Positions 1 through 9,834 of a stretch of 45,939 bases of DNA are shown piece after piece. Position numbers and translations under genes: made by a program. The stretch comes from Promethearchaeota archaeon (GTDB lineage: Archaea; Asgardarchaeota; Lokiarchaeia; Sigyniarchaeales; SOKP01): the NCBI GenBank assembly GCA_016839745.1, contig JAEOTS010000057.1:1-45939 (forward strand), read 5' to 3'. A model generated the notes under the pieces. The model worked only from the letters and a program-made list of their open reading frames with translations. It searched no databases and was not told where the DNA came from. How positions within the stretch are numbered: position 1 is the first letter of the stretch; each line of letters opens with the position of its first letter.

Positions 1-384
1 GAACAATTGAATGTTAAATTACCAGGAGAATTTGAGAATCCCGCCGAAGAGGTAGAAATGAAAGAATCGCGTCTGACAGCGCAAGTGGAAGCGATTGCTG
101 CAAATACATTAGGAAATACGGGTGCTTTCCCTCGTTGGATAGCTGTTAGATTAGGATTTCAAAGATATCGATTTTTAACTTTTAAAAAATATAAAAATGA
201 CTATTTCCTTTCTTGTCTAACCGAAGGAAATTTACAAAAGATCGATATTATTGAAGCTCAATTAGAGCCTATTTTATACCATGGAATAGACACCCCCTTT
301 TCTGGAAACTTAAGACCTTTTAATAAACTGAAAGCCACTATTAAAGAATTAGTTAAACAGGTTCCGGGAAGAAAATATACTTAA
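1..384 (+). CDS. hypothetical protein, C-terminal part (5' truncated by window edge)
   Basis: Frame is open from base 1 (GAA CAA TTG...), so the listed TTG at 7 is probably internal; TAA at 382-384 followed by a T-tract. Confidence 0.7.
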   Translation, partial: EQLNVKLPGEFENPAEEVEMKESRLTAQVEAIAANTLGNTGAFPRWIAVRLGFQRYRFLTFKKYKNDYFLSCLTEGNLQKIDIIEAQLEPILYHGIDTPFSGNLRPFNKLKATIKELVKQVPGRKYT

Positions 385-455
385 CTTTTTTAATTTTATG
401 TTACCTTTATTTAATTAAATTATCCATAAAAATTTTAATTTCTATAAAAATCCCC

Positions 456-1406
456 ATGGAATTAAACCCTAATGCTATTTATGAAGACTATGTAAATAAT
501 CGCTTAGATAAATTTACAACTATTAAGCAATTAATTTCAATCATTGAAATTTACGACGATAATGCTACTAGAGAAGATTCAATTAGAGTTCTTGGCAAAA
601 TAAAAAGTGAGAACCTATTCGAATTTTTCGAAAACTTACTGCTTTCTGATTCAAGTGAAAATGTAAGGAATGCTGCGGCAATTTATTTAAGCGAACATCA
701 TCTTAACAATAGTCTGGCTGTATTTACATGGGCACTTAAACATGAAAAATCCTATAAATGCTTATTAAGGATAGTTAAAGCTTTGGTGAAAATAAACTCT
801 AAAGAATCGAAAATTACTTTAATTGAGCAATTAAGGAAGATTAGAAAAACTCATTATATAAACCCTGAAAAAAGTTATGAAAATAAAAGATATAAAAAAG
901 CTTTAAAACCTCTAATAAAGAGGAATAAAATCGCTAACTTTTCCCATAAACAACTTGGGGAAATTCTTATCAACTTTTTTACTATCAAAACATTAATTGA
1001 AGAGATTCCAAATGTGTATTTTGAATTAAATTCTGTAAATTTATTGGTTGAAAAATTAGATTTATCTGATTACCTCGAATTTGAAGTAAAAGGAACTCCA
1101 TGGGATTGGAAAAATAATATACGAGATCTTTCAGAAATTTCAGGATTATATAATTTAAAGTATTTGAAAAAACTCGATCTATCGAATAATCAAATCGAAA
1201 ATGTGAAAGGTTTAGTGATGTTAAAAAACTTAACTCATTTGGTATTATCTAATAACCAAATTAGCGATATAGATAATTTAGAATATTTAAAACAGCTTTC
1301 AAAGCTCCAGTTTTTAGATTTATGTGGCAATAGAATTGTTAATTTTGTTAAAAAAGATGATTTTAATACAAATACGAGAGTTTTACTAAATCGATTTATA
1401 AGATAG
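456..1406 (+). CDS. HEAT-repeat plus leucine-rich-repeat protein
   Basis: HEAT-like SDSSENVRNAAAIYL near the N-terminus; C-terminal LRRs LKKLDLSNNQI, LTHLVLSNNQI, LQFLDLCGNRI. Confidence 0.85.
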   Translation: MELNPNAIYEDYVNNRLDKFTTIKQLISIIEIYDDNATREDSIRVLGKIKSENLFEFFENLLLSDSSENVRNAAAIYLSEHHLNNSLAVFTWALKHEKSYKCLLRIVKALVKINSKESKITLIEQLRKIRKTHYINPEKSYENKRYKKALKPLIKRNKIANFSHKQLGEILINFFTIKTLIEEIPNVYFELNSVNLLVEKLDLSDYLEFEVKGTPWDWKNNIRDLSEISGLYNLKYLKKLDLSNNQIENVKGLVMLKNLTHLVLSNNQISDIDNLEYLKQLSKLQFLDLCGNRIVNFVKKDDFNTNTRVLLNRFIR

Positions 1407-1443
1407 CCTTAATCTTGAAATAAGAAATAAAAAAATAAAAAAA

Positions 1444-2787
1444 TTATTCAATTAATTGTGTCTTTCCAGTGCCCCAAACTCCAAGAGCTTTACCGAGTTC
1501 TTCATGTTCTTTTGCGTAATTCCTAACTTCGATTCCATTCATTACTGCATAAATAGCTTGTCTAAATGCTTTTGCACCGGCAATTGGACCATCAGGATGA
1601 CTGTGAATCCCTCCACCACTTCCGATCAAAATATCCTTACCCGCTTCTTTCATAGTCTTCTCAACCATTCCCTGTGTGATTCCTCCACTTGGCATTGGAA
1701 GCGTTGGTTTTATATGTTGGAAGGGATATCGTAATACTTTTAGGTTTTGTTCGTATCGTTCTTCTAATATTTCCGCTTTTCCGTAAGGCGCGGGAATTAC
1801 AACTGTGTCTGCTCCACACATTCTTGGGAATTTTCCTAACACAAGCATGCTTGTTAAGCCTGTCCATTCTCCCCCAATATAAGCTCCTCCAAAGTCCATG
1901 TGGCCCAGCACTGGTACTTTGATAGATGGATCTTCGCAAACAGCTCGCAAAGCTTCAAAACCAGCAGATAAATAATTAATCATCAATGCATTCGCGCCCA
2001 TTTCAACCATTTTATCAGCATATTCAAACATCTCAGGAAATTTACTTGTAATGTTAATAGTGTACAATGTTTTTTCTCCTTTTTCAGAATCTGCTCTATC
2101 TATAGATTCCATAACTGCTGAAATCCGATCTTCTAATGTATTGAATGCTGGGTTTGCAATAAGTTCATCGTCTTTTACAACATCACACCCTCCAACAGCA
2201 GCTTTATAAACTAAATCTGCTGCGACATCGCATGTGTGGCCGGTACAAGGTTTCACCATATTATTTAACAAAGGTCGTTCAGGTACTTTCAGAAGCTTTC
2301 GTAGCCCATCAATTCCGAATTTTGGCCCTTTAAAATCCTCTAAATATGCTTTAGGAAAGGCAAGATCCACTAATTTTAATCCGTGAGTTAAACTTATATT
2401 CCCTATTACAGATGTAAGAAGCATTGGAATACCGTCTCCTTTTATGTTTGAGATAGGAAAACCAATTTGAACGAAATAAAGTCTTTCTGGATGATCTGCC
2501 TTAGATGGAAGCACATACTCGTAATGTGGAAGCTCATACACGCCTAGCACTCTGGCGACATGCTCCTTCCGAACTTCTGCCGTTTCAGCGGGTACTCTTA
2601 CCCAGGTTCCAGTTGATTGTTCAATAGCAGCAAACCTAGATAAATAGTTTACATTCATTCCACGGGGCCTTTTGATAATGTAAGAAGCAATTATATAAGA
2701 CTCAAGATCAATACCATCTAATCCAATTGCTTCTGGAACATCCAAATATTGCTTACAACTTTCATAATATTCTTCTTCAGGTGCCAT
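1444..2787 (-). CDS. RuBisCO-like protein (form IV, RLP)
   Basis: RuBisCO signature GGCDVVKDDE, FKGPKFGIDGLR, MVKP, PSGG, GGGIHSHPDG; lacks the HxHRA motif (has LGHMDF). Likely start is MAPEEE at 2787 rather than 2838. Confidence 0.9.
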   Translation of the reverse strand: MAPEEEYYESCKQYLDVPEAIGLDGIDLESYIIASYIIKRPRGMNVNYLSRFAAIEQSTGTWVRVPAETAEVRKEHVARVLGVYELPHYEYVLPSKADHPERLYFVQIGFPISNIKGDGIPMLLTSVIGNISLTHGLKLVDLAFPKAYLEDFKGPKFGIDGLRKLLKVPERPLLNNMVKPCTGHTCDVAADLVYKAAVGGCDVVKDDELIANPAFNTLEDRISAVMESIDRADSEKGEKTLYTINITSKFPEMFEYADKMVEMGANALMINYLSAGFEALRAVCEDPSIKVPVLGHMDFGGAYIGGEWTGLTSMLVLGKFPRMCGADTVVIPAPYGKAEILEERYEQNLKVLRYPFQHIKPTLPMPSGGITQGMVEKTMKEAGKDILIGSGGGIHSHPDGPIAGAKAFRQAIYAVMNGIEVRNYAKEHEELGKALGVWGTGKTQLIE

Positions 2788-2877
2788 AATTATATCGAAG
2801 AAAATAATATTAGAATATTGAAAAATATTGTTATTCATAAAAACAATAAAAAAAAGATAAAAAAAATGAAAAAAAAT

Positions 2878-3981
2878 TTAATCTTCAGATTTAACTGCTG
2901 ATTTTAAGTTAATATATGTATTTTCAAGAATATTTAGATATTCAACTAACACTTGATCTGCTTTTGATTTATTCTCGTATTCTGCTTTAATGATATTCAA
3001 CAAGTATTTTGGAAAGATTTTGTCAACGTAAAAATCTGATAACAATGCGTAATATTCGTTATTTCTATCGTCTTGGAACACTTGAATCATTTGAGTTTCC
3101 CAGAGCATTTTCAGAACCTCGTCGATGTCGTCCACACCTTTCTTTTTCAGTTTTTCAAGGTCATTTTTGGTAACAATTGCCGTTCTTAGTAATCGCAAGG
3201 TTTCGTAAATTTGGGGGTTAATTATATTATCAATTAACCTAAGATTGTCTTGTTCAGATGGTCGATAGTTTTGAAAGTATTTTTTAGCTTCCATTCTATA
3301 ATCAGAGGCTAACTGAGAAGGTAAACCTTTATCACCGGGATCTTTTAGCAATCTAACGGGAGGAATTCTCATCATTAAAATATCGTTAGTAAGAAAAATC
3401 AGCTCAGAGGGCATCCCCTTAACCGAGGTTTCCTTTATAAGCTCCCTTTTAATCAATTCGATTAATACACCTTCTAAATCGACAAATCCTTGTTTATATC
3501 TGTCTTTTAACCAGACCATTAGCTCAGATTTCGAAACAGCTCCTTCTTCCCTTAAACGATTGATAATCATTCTTTTAATTTCATCCTGATATGTCATTGC
3601 TAATCGTTGCTCAGTATTTAAGGTTGGATAAACCGATAGTCTTCGAAACAACGAAGGAACAAGTTTTAAATAAGCGTCATCTTCTAGATTTTGTAAGATT
3701 ATTCTAGATGTATCAGCTAATCCTCCTTCGTAAGCATCAGGGTCATCATCGAGATTTAAAAGCATGAGGATGTAGTATCCTTTTTCTGGTCCCGTGTAGT
3801 AAGATGCGATATTTAGCGAACCAACCATTAAACTGATCATTCCCGATTCTCCACTGTACTCGTGCGTACTATACACTTGCATCAGTGTTTTATCTGTAAT
3901 GACGATTTCTTCGGGGTATTTTGCTAAAATTTCAGTACCGACTCGTTCATCCCATTTCATGACGACTAAACCTACTGGCAC
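2878..3981 (-). CDS. longin/uDENN-like N-domain plus tandem winged-helix protein, copy A
   Basis: 367 aa. N-terminal VVMKWDERVGTEILAKYP resembles the longin/uDENN beta1-beta2 start; two wHTH-like segments. GTG start overlaps the upstream TAG and is preceded by GGAGGGGGG. Fold call is inference. Confidence 0.65.
   Translation of the reverse strand: MPVGLVVMKWDERVGTEILAKYPEEIVITDKTLMQVYSTHEYSGESGMISLMVGSLNIASYYTGPEKGYYILMLLNLDDDPDAYEGGLADTSRIILQNLEDDAYLKLVPSLFRRLSVYPTLNTEQRLAMTYQDEIKRMIINRLREEGAVSKSELMVWLKDRYKQGFVDLEGVLIELIKRELIKETSVKGMPSELIFLTNDILMMRIPPVRLLKDPGDKGLPSQLASDYRMEAKKYFQNYRPSEQDNLRLIDNIINPQIYETLRLLRTAIVTKNDLEKLKKKGVDDIDEVLKMLWETQMIQVFQDDRNNEYYALLSDFYVDKIFPKYLLNIIKAEYENKSKADQVLVEYLNILENTYINLKSAVKSED
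3817..3885. repeat. 69-bp exact direct repeat, copy 1 (within paralog A)
   Basis: cgaaccaacc...cttgcatcag is identical to 9466-9534. Confidence 0.9.
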
Positions 3982-6900
3982 TATAACCCCCCTCCTTCAA
4001 ATTCAGTTTTTTTAGGTAAGTTCTTCGTTTTCTTTGTACTATGCCCTAAGATTTCTTCTAACGATAAATCAAGCGTCTCCCACTTATCTCCTAGTTTTTT
4101 AATGATATACTCTTCCTTAGATGGATAGAGAAGCGAATCTGAAATTGATTTTCTTCCTTTTATGTTCTTACTCATTTCTCTTGACTTCTTGACAAATGTA
4201 GGTATTCTTGCCCTTTGCACTTGACGATAGATAATAAGACTACCAACCACAGCAACAATTGCACCTACTAACATTAGAAAGTAAAACATAGGGAACCCTG
4301 GAAAGATCTCTACCATTCCAACATTAATAGTCACATCTAATATTACACTTTCATAATTATCCAAATTGAGAGTTATTTGTCCTGAAAGAGGTATAGACGC
4401 AAGGAATGCTTCAGGTAAATCATTGATACTAACTGAATAGGTTCCATCACCATTAGGCGTGAAATCATACCTGTTACCTTGTAACATCAGGAATACTTCG
4501 CAATTATTTAAATCACTTCCATTTATCATATCATGCGAGCTAATATCGAAGGTTAATACTTGACCTGAAATTGCAGGAATAATCTTACTCGCAATTGCGT
4601 CAATTTCTCGAGGTATTATGTCTAGAATTATAATTCCGCTTCTACCAGCATAATTCTCTTTTTCGATGTTAAATGTTATTGTATATTTTGCAATCTCTAA
4701 TGTTTCAGTATCAAAATCTAATGCATAATTGCCATTTCCAAGATCAATTAAAGATCCTGCCCCACTATCTACAGTGAAGTCTCCGACTTTTTTAGTCCAT
4801 TCGTACGTATTTGTTTCAGCTCCAGATAAACCTGCTCTTGTACTTTCTATAATATAAGAGAAGTAATAGGTCTCTGATTCTCTGTATGCTAAATCCACAT
4901 CCTTATAAATTCCTACGCTATCATTTATAAGCGTTTTTATAGCAAGAATTGTAACCTCAATAAATATTGTTTGTTCTTGATAATTTTGATCATTGGCAGT
5001 AATTTGGATTGTATATGGTATAGGTTTACTTTCTGGAAAATTCGTTGTTCCTACTATAAGCTGATACCTACCATTTGAACCATAAGGAGTTAAAGATCCA
5101 AAAACGGAAGGATACTTAATTACAGAGTATTGGACAGTAGCATCATCAATGGGATTATTACCTCCAAAACTAATGTCAGTATAGGTAACTTCCATTATTA
5201 TAGATTCACCCCAATAAGCAGTTAGAGCGGATTCATTTCCAACTAATGTAGTAGATTTAGGATCCAGAATAAAGGACGTAGAAGTTTCTTCTGTTATGAA
5301 TCCTGGTTTAGTAGCTTCAATTTCGATTAAATAATCCCTTTCTGAAAACCAAGCGTCACCACCAGGCTCAACAAGGGTCGATGTATCAATGCTTAAATTA
5401 TATAATCCTCCACCAATATCACTAAAGTATAAAGTTTGAGTGTTGATTTGAACTCCTGATTTAACATTATAAGTAACCGTTGCTCCGGTCAAAGGATAAG
5501 TTATCGTCTCATTTTCAGTATATGTAAAATTTACTTGAAAATTCAATACATCACCTAGCATCTGATTAATCTCGGGATCTGGAAGTACTGTTAATTCCAA
5601 ATCAGATTCAAATGTTGGTCCAAATGTTACATTAACTATTACAGAATTTTCTTCATAAAAATAGAATGTGGAATTTAATATATTAAAACCACCATCTAAA
5701 TCCCCAACAGCATCAACTTTTTGAGGTGTAGTATCAAACCATTCAACCCCAAAAGTAACATTTCCATCAGAAGGATTTGTGAAATTACTCCAACGGAAAA
5801 TAGCATTTCCATTTTCTTCTGAATTTTCTGAGCCAATTAATTCTGGTCCTGATCCATCATCAATCCAAAATGTTATTTTAGCACCATTCAATTTACTTTG
5901 ATAATCATTAGTACTATTATATCTATCTAACGTTAAATTCAACGAAGTTAATTGCACATTCGTGAATGAAGTTTCATTAAGTCCTGTTGAATCAACTGTA
6001 GTCTCGTCAAGAACAATAGTTTTTGGAGAAGTTATAGTAAGTGGCGGCATTGCATATTTTTCATAAGAAGCATTGACAATGTAGGTACCAGCATTTAACC
6101 TGGTAAAAAGAGCTTCTCCAGAATCATCGGTATACTGAGTTCCTATCATAGTGAAGTCAGTTTCATTCCAAAGAGTAACCGTTACTCCTGGTACTAGATT
6201 GCCATCAATATCTGTAACATTTACTTCCATATTATAGAATTTAGAATCTTTTTCATAGATATAAAGATTCACAGGATTCTTAAGCGTTTTAAACTTATTA
6301 TCAAATAGTTGCGCTGAAGGACTCAAAACATTATCAATAAATTCCCAAAATTCGATGTGTAATTGATTTGAAGGTCCCCCGAGGTTGTTATTAAAGTCAT
6401 TAATATAACCTGGGTTATAAACAACTGTATCATTCGGACTATTATAAGTAACATTTCCCAATAAATAACTTATTGAAGTCGAAAGGCCCGTTTCATAGAA
6501 GTTTGGAACAAACATTCCAACAGTTAATTTTTCATCAACATGAATAGGATCGTGAACAACTGTATAATTTTCTACTGTAAACTGATCATAAGTTAATCCT
6601 CGATTTTCTAATATTCCATCATAGTAATAATAGAAATCCTCAGAATCAGCTAAACCTGAAAAGTCAAAATATGTGTTAAGAGGAATCATTTGAGTGTTGG
6701 TATTTGTACCATCAAAAGCATTATCAAAAAATATTGTTCGATTGATATTCCATAAATTGTAGTCATAATAGAATGTACAAATATCTGAAACGTGCATACC
6801 AAAAAGATCTGTCCAGTTGACTTCATAGCGAGAAAAAACTTCCCCATTAATAATTTCTTCTATTGAATCTATCGTAGCTGTTTTAGAGCCATATTTATAA

Positions 6901-8300
6901 GATTCAATATCAGAATCAGTTAATGAATCATTATAAAAAGCAACCTCATCGATAACTCCCGTATAGTACCTGTTAATATGTTCTGATGAACCAATCGAAA
7001 ACACGGCTCCCGCTACATTATCCATATCAGTTCCGCCATCCCATCCCGGTGAAAGACGATACCAATTATCGTTTATCCTAACCTCAATCTTATTATTAGG
7101 TTTAGTAAAATCGACTTTTAACGCGATAAAGTTCCATTCTCCAACTGTTACGGCTCCAGTGATCCCAAAATTGGCTTGAGTATCTGCAGATACTCCATCT
7201 GCATCGATGTAAACATGAATCTTCCCATAATCTGCCCCTGCTGTACCTACAATTCCAATTTCAAAATTATCATTAATAGTGTCATGCGCTTTTGCCATAA
7301 AACAGTTTTGAGTACCATGATTTGTTGCTAGAGTTGTTAATGTTGTTGGTTTAATCCAGGCAGTCATAGTCCATTTCTGAGTATTATCATTAAAAGGTTC
7401 TCCAGGATCATCTAAACCAGACCCAAAATGAAGAGTATCATTAGTAACAGAGGAACCACCGAATTGTAATCCATAATCTACAGCTCCTTGAACCCAATTA
7501 ACATTTCCATTAATTTGCCCAGGATCTAAATTACCACTTGCGTCACTAACAGATGTACCGAAATTTTCATCCATATGAGCCAAAAACACTAATCTAGTAT
7601 CTGTTAATCGTCTCTCGGGGGCTAAAGAATTGGTATTATGAAAATCTATAGTATCTTTTTCAAATGTTGTAACTCCTTGCCCTTCTACAAGTTGTGCTTC
7701 ATAAATAGAACCGGAATCAACTCTAACTGTTAATGTTCCAGTGTCTAAATTACTTTGAAAATTAGTAGCATAACTTGGAGGACCAATATTATCTAAATTT
7801 TCATTGAAATAAAGAAAATAAGTCTGATTTGAACCTGCTGGAACATCTGCCAAGAAAGTAATCATACATGATTGTATATAATTGGATGTATTCGAATATT
7901 TTATTACATCCCATAATTGAACGGGGATTTCACTACTCCATTCATCGTTTCCAGTGGCATTAAAACTTACCAGTCTAGCACTATCTTCTTTGTGTTCGTT
8001 ATCATCAAAAGTTAAATAAACACTAACGGGTTCATATCTGTCGAGACCCTCGAGTTCTTCAACTTCTAATCCAACTCTAAACCTAAATCTTGTATCCCAC
8101 CATTCAGATAGGTCATATTTGTCATTTACATAAGTGATATCAGCGTTATTTGGAAGGTAATCATCTTCATCAATAGCTGTACTACCATTATCAACTAAAT
8201 TTCCTTGTTTTAATAAAATCATAGAAAATATAGTAGTTGGTAATAAGATTGTTAGCAAAATCAGTGTCATTCTTATTGTTCGTTTTTTTCTAACATTCAT
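3981..8300 (-). CDS. giant cell-surface glycoprotein: signal anchor, DUF2341-like, LamG/ConA-like, Ig-like repeats, C-terminal TM and cytoplasmic tail
   Basis: N-terminal basic plus hydrophobic segment; WWDTRFRFRV motif; LamG motifs WTMTAWIKP and YTGVIDEVAFYNDSLT; repeated GxGxY beta-hairpins; about 27 NxS/T sequons; TM FYFLMLVGAIVAVVGSLIIY then ~80-aa basic tail. Confidence 0.85.
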   Translation of the reverse strand: MNVRKKRTIRMTLILLTILLPTTIFSMILLKQGNLVDNGSTAIDEDDYLPNNADITYVNDKYDLSEWWDTRFRFRVGLEVEELEGLDRYEPVSVYLTFDDNEHKEDSARLVSFNATGNDEWSSEIPVQLWDVIKYSNTSNYIQSCMITFLADVPAGSNQTYFLYFNENLDNIGPPSYATNFQSNLDTGTLTVRVDSGSIYEAQLVEGQGVTTFEKDTIDFHNTNSLAPERRLTDTRLVFLAHMDENFGTSVSDASGNLDPGQINGNVNWVQGAVDYGLQFGGSSVTNDTLHFGSGLDDPGEPFNDNTQKWTMTAWIKPTTLTTLATNHGTQNCFMAKAHDTINDNFEIGIVGTAGADYGKIHVYIDADGVSADTQANFGITGAVTVGEWNFIALKVDFTKPNNKIEVRINDNWYRLSPGWDGGTDMDNVAGAVFSIGSSEHINRYYTGVIDEVAFYNDSLTDSDIESYKYGSKTATIDSIEEIINGEVFSRYEVNWTDLFGMHVSDICTFYYDYNLWNINRTIFFDNAFDGTNTNTQMIPLNTYFDFSGLADSEDFYYYYDGILENRGLTYDQFTVENYTVVHDPIHVDEKLTVGMFVPNFYETGLSTSISYLLGNVTYNSPNDTVVYNPGYINDFNNNLGGPSNQLHIEFWEFIDNVLSPSAQLFDNKFKTLKNPVNLYIYEKDSKFYNMEVNVTDIDGNLVPGVTVTLWNETDFTMIGTQYTDDSGEALFTRLNAGTYIVNASYEKYAMPPLTITSPKTIVLDETTVDSTGLNETSFTNVQLTSLNLTLDRYNSTNDYQSKLNGAKITFWIDDGSGPELIGSENSEENGNAIFRWSNFTNPSDGNVTFGVEWFDTTPQKVDAVGDLDGGFNILNSTFYFYEENSVIVNVTFGPTFESDLELTVLPDPEINQMLGDVLNFQVNFTYTENETITYPLTGATVTYNVKSGVQINTQTLYFSDIGGGLYNLSIDTSTLVEPGGDAWFSERDYLIEIEATKPGFITEETSTSFILDPKSTTLVGNESALTAYWGESIIMEVTYTDISFGGNNPIDDATVQYSVIKYPSVFGSLTPYGSNGRYQLIVGTTNFPESKPIPYTIQITANDQNYQEQTIFIEVTILAIKTLINDSVGIYKDVDLAYRESETYYFSYIIESTRAGLSGAETNTYEWTKKVGDFTVDSGAGSLIDLGNGNYALDFDTETLEIAKYTITFNIEKENYAGRSGIIILDIIPREIDAIASKIIPAISGQVLTFDISSHDMINGSDLNNCEVFLMLQGNRYDFTPNGDGTYSVSINDLPEAFLASIPLSGQITLNLDNYESVILDVTINVGMVEIFPGFPMFYFLMLVGAIVAVVGSLIIYRQVQRARIPTFVKKSREMSKNIKGRKSISDSLLYPSKEEYIIKKLGDKWETLDLSLEEILGHSTKKTKNLPKKTEFEGGGL

Positions 8301-8526
8301 TTATTAATTACCTAATTGTGTAATTTTTTTTTTTTAGATATTCTTTAAAACAAGAACTTTTTACTTCTATTAGTACCACTTTACATATTTAATTATTAGT
8401 ATAAGGAAACTTAATAGAACTAATTTTCACCAATAACCTTTCTTTTTTGGAACTAAAAAACCGCTCGATAAAATTCAGAATTAGTAAAATTAAGAAATAA
8501 AAATGAATACTAAATAAATGGCAAAC

Positions 8527-9630
8527 TCATTTTTTAGATTTTTTAGTTGACTTCAAACCTAAATAAGTATTCTCAAGAATGTTTAAATACTCAATTAAAA
8601 CCTGCTCTGCTTTAGATTTTTTCTCGTATTCAGATTTAATGATATTTAGTAAGTACTTTGGAAAAATTAACTTAATTATAAAATCAGAAAGAAGAGCGTA
8701 ATATTCGTTGTTTCTATCGTCTCTGAAAACCAAGATCATTTGGTTCTCCCAAAGTAATTTCAGTACATCATCAATATCTTCAACTCCCTTCTTTTTCAAT
8801 TTTTCAAGGTCGTTCTTTGTTACAATGGCAGTTCTCAACAATCTTAAAACTTCGTACGATTGAGGATCGCTGATAATTTTTAAGATTCTAAGATTATCAT
8901 CCTCGGAAGGGTAGTAATTTGTGAAATATTTCTTTGATTCTGTTAAATAATCATCATTAAGTTGGGAGGGTAACCCTTTATCACTAGGTGATTTATAAAG
9001 AAGAGTAGCAGGAACTCGCATTACTAATAAGTCATTCGTTAGAAAGATCAATTCTGACGGCACTCCTTTCACTGATGCCTCCTTAACGATATCTCTTTTA
9101 ATAAGCTCTACAATAACACCCTCCAAATCGACAAAACCATGGCGATATCTATCTTTAAGCCAAATCATTAACTCGGATTTAGAAACTACACCTTCATCTC
9201 TTAAGCGCTTGATGATTAAGCGTTTCACTTCATCTTGATAAGTAATTGCTAACTGTTGTTCCTCATTTAAAGATGGATATATAGAAAGTCTCCTGAAAAG
9301 TGAAGGAACTAATTGCTTGTAGGCACCATCTTCAAGATTTTGTAAAATTGTTCTTGATGCGTCGATTAAACCTCCCTCGTAATTATCAGGATCGTCATCA
9401 ATATTTAATAATAACAGAATATAATAGCTTTTATCTGGCCCCGTATAGTATGATGCGATATTTAACGAACCAACCATTAAACTGATCATTCCCGATTCTC
9501 CACTGTACTCGTGCGTACTATACACTTGCATCAGAGTTTTATCGGTAATAACGATTTCTTCGGGGTATTTTACTAAAATTTCAGTACCAACACGATCATC
9601 CCATTTCATGACCACTAAACCAACTGGCAT
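8527..9630 (-). CDS. longin/uDENN-like N-domain plus tandem winged-helix protein, copy B
   Basis: 367 aa, ungapped and ~79% identical to copy A by hand count; ATG preceded by SD GGAGGT. Confidence 0.65.
   Translation of the reverse strand: MPVGLVVMKWDDRVGTEILVKYPEEIVITDKTLMQVYSTHEYSGESGMISLMVGSLNIASYYTGPDKSYYILLLLNIDDDPDNYEGGLIDASRTILQNLEDGAYKQLVPSLFRRLSIYPSLNEEQQLAITYQDEVKRLIIKRLRDEGVVSKSELMIWLKDRYRHGFVDLEGVIVELIKRDIVKEASVKGVPSELIFLTNDLLVMRVPATLLYKSPSDKGLPSQLNDDYLTESKKYFTNYYPSEDDNLRILKIISDPQSYEVLRLLRTAIVTKNDLEKLKKKGVEDIDDVLKLLWENQMILVFRDDRNNEYYALLSDFIIKLIFPKYLLNIIKSEYEKKSKAEQVLIEYLNILENTYLGLKSTKKSKK
9466..9534. repeat. 69-bp exact direct repeat, copy 2 (within paralog B)
   Basis: Identical to 3817-3885. 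Confidence 0.9.
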
Positions 9631-9834
9631 ATTTTCAGAGTACCTCCTTTAGAAGATTTATTTTTCAGTGATATAAATTCCTTCATGGAGTAAATTTCTA
9701 TAATTTCTTCAATCAATCAAATTTTTAACAATTTTATAAAAAAACTTAATTATAACCTTATGCTTTCCAATAGGCTGATATTGAATGCAACATGAATTTA
9801 ACAAAGACATAAGAATATATACCTTAGTCTATCA

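Noticed and set aside
1456-1939. Short overlapping ORFs inside the RLP gene and similar shadow ORFs elsewhere (9300, 10556, 12307, 12772, 16770, 17163, 18523-21409, 23454, 25898, 27831, 29278, 29906, 32230, 36103, 38508, 39403, 40653, 41249, 41337, 41671, 41702, 45308)
   Set aside because: Antisense or alternate-frame to well-supported genes, with no recognisable motifs.
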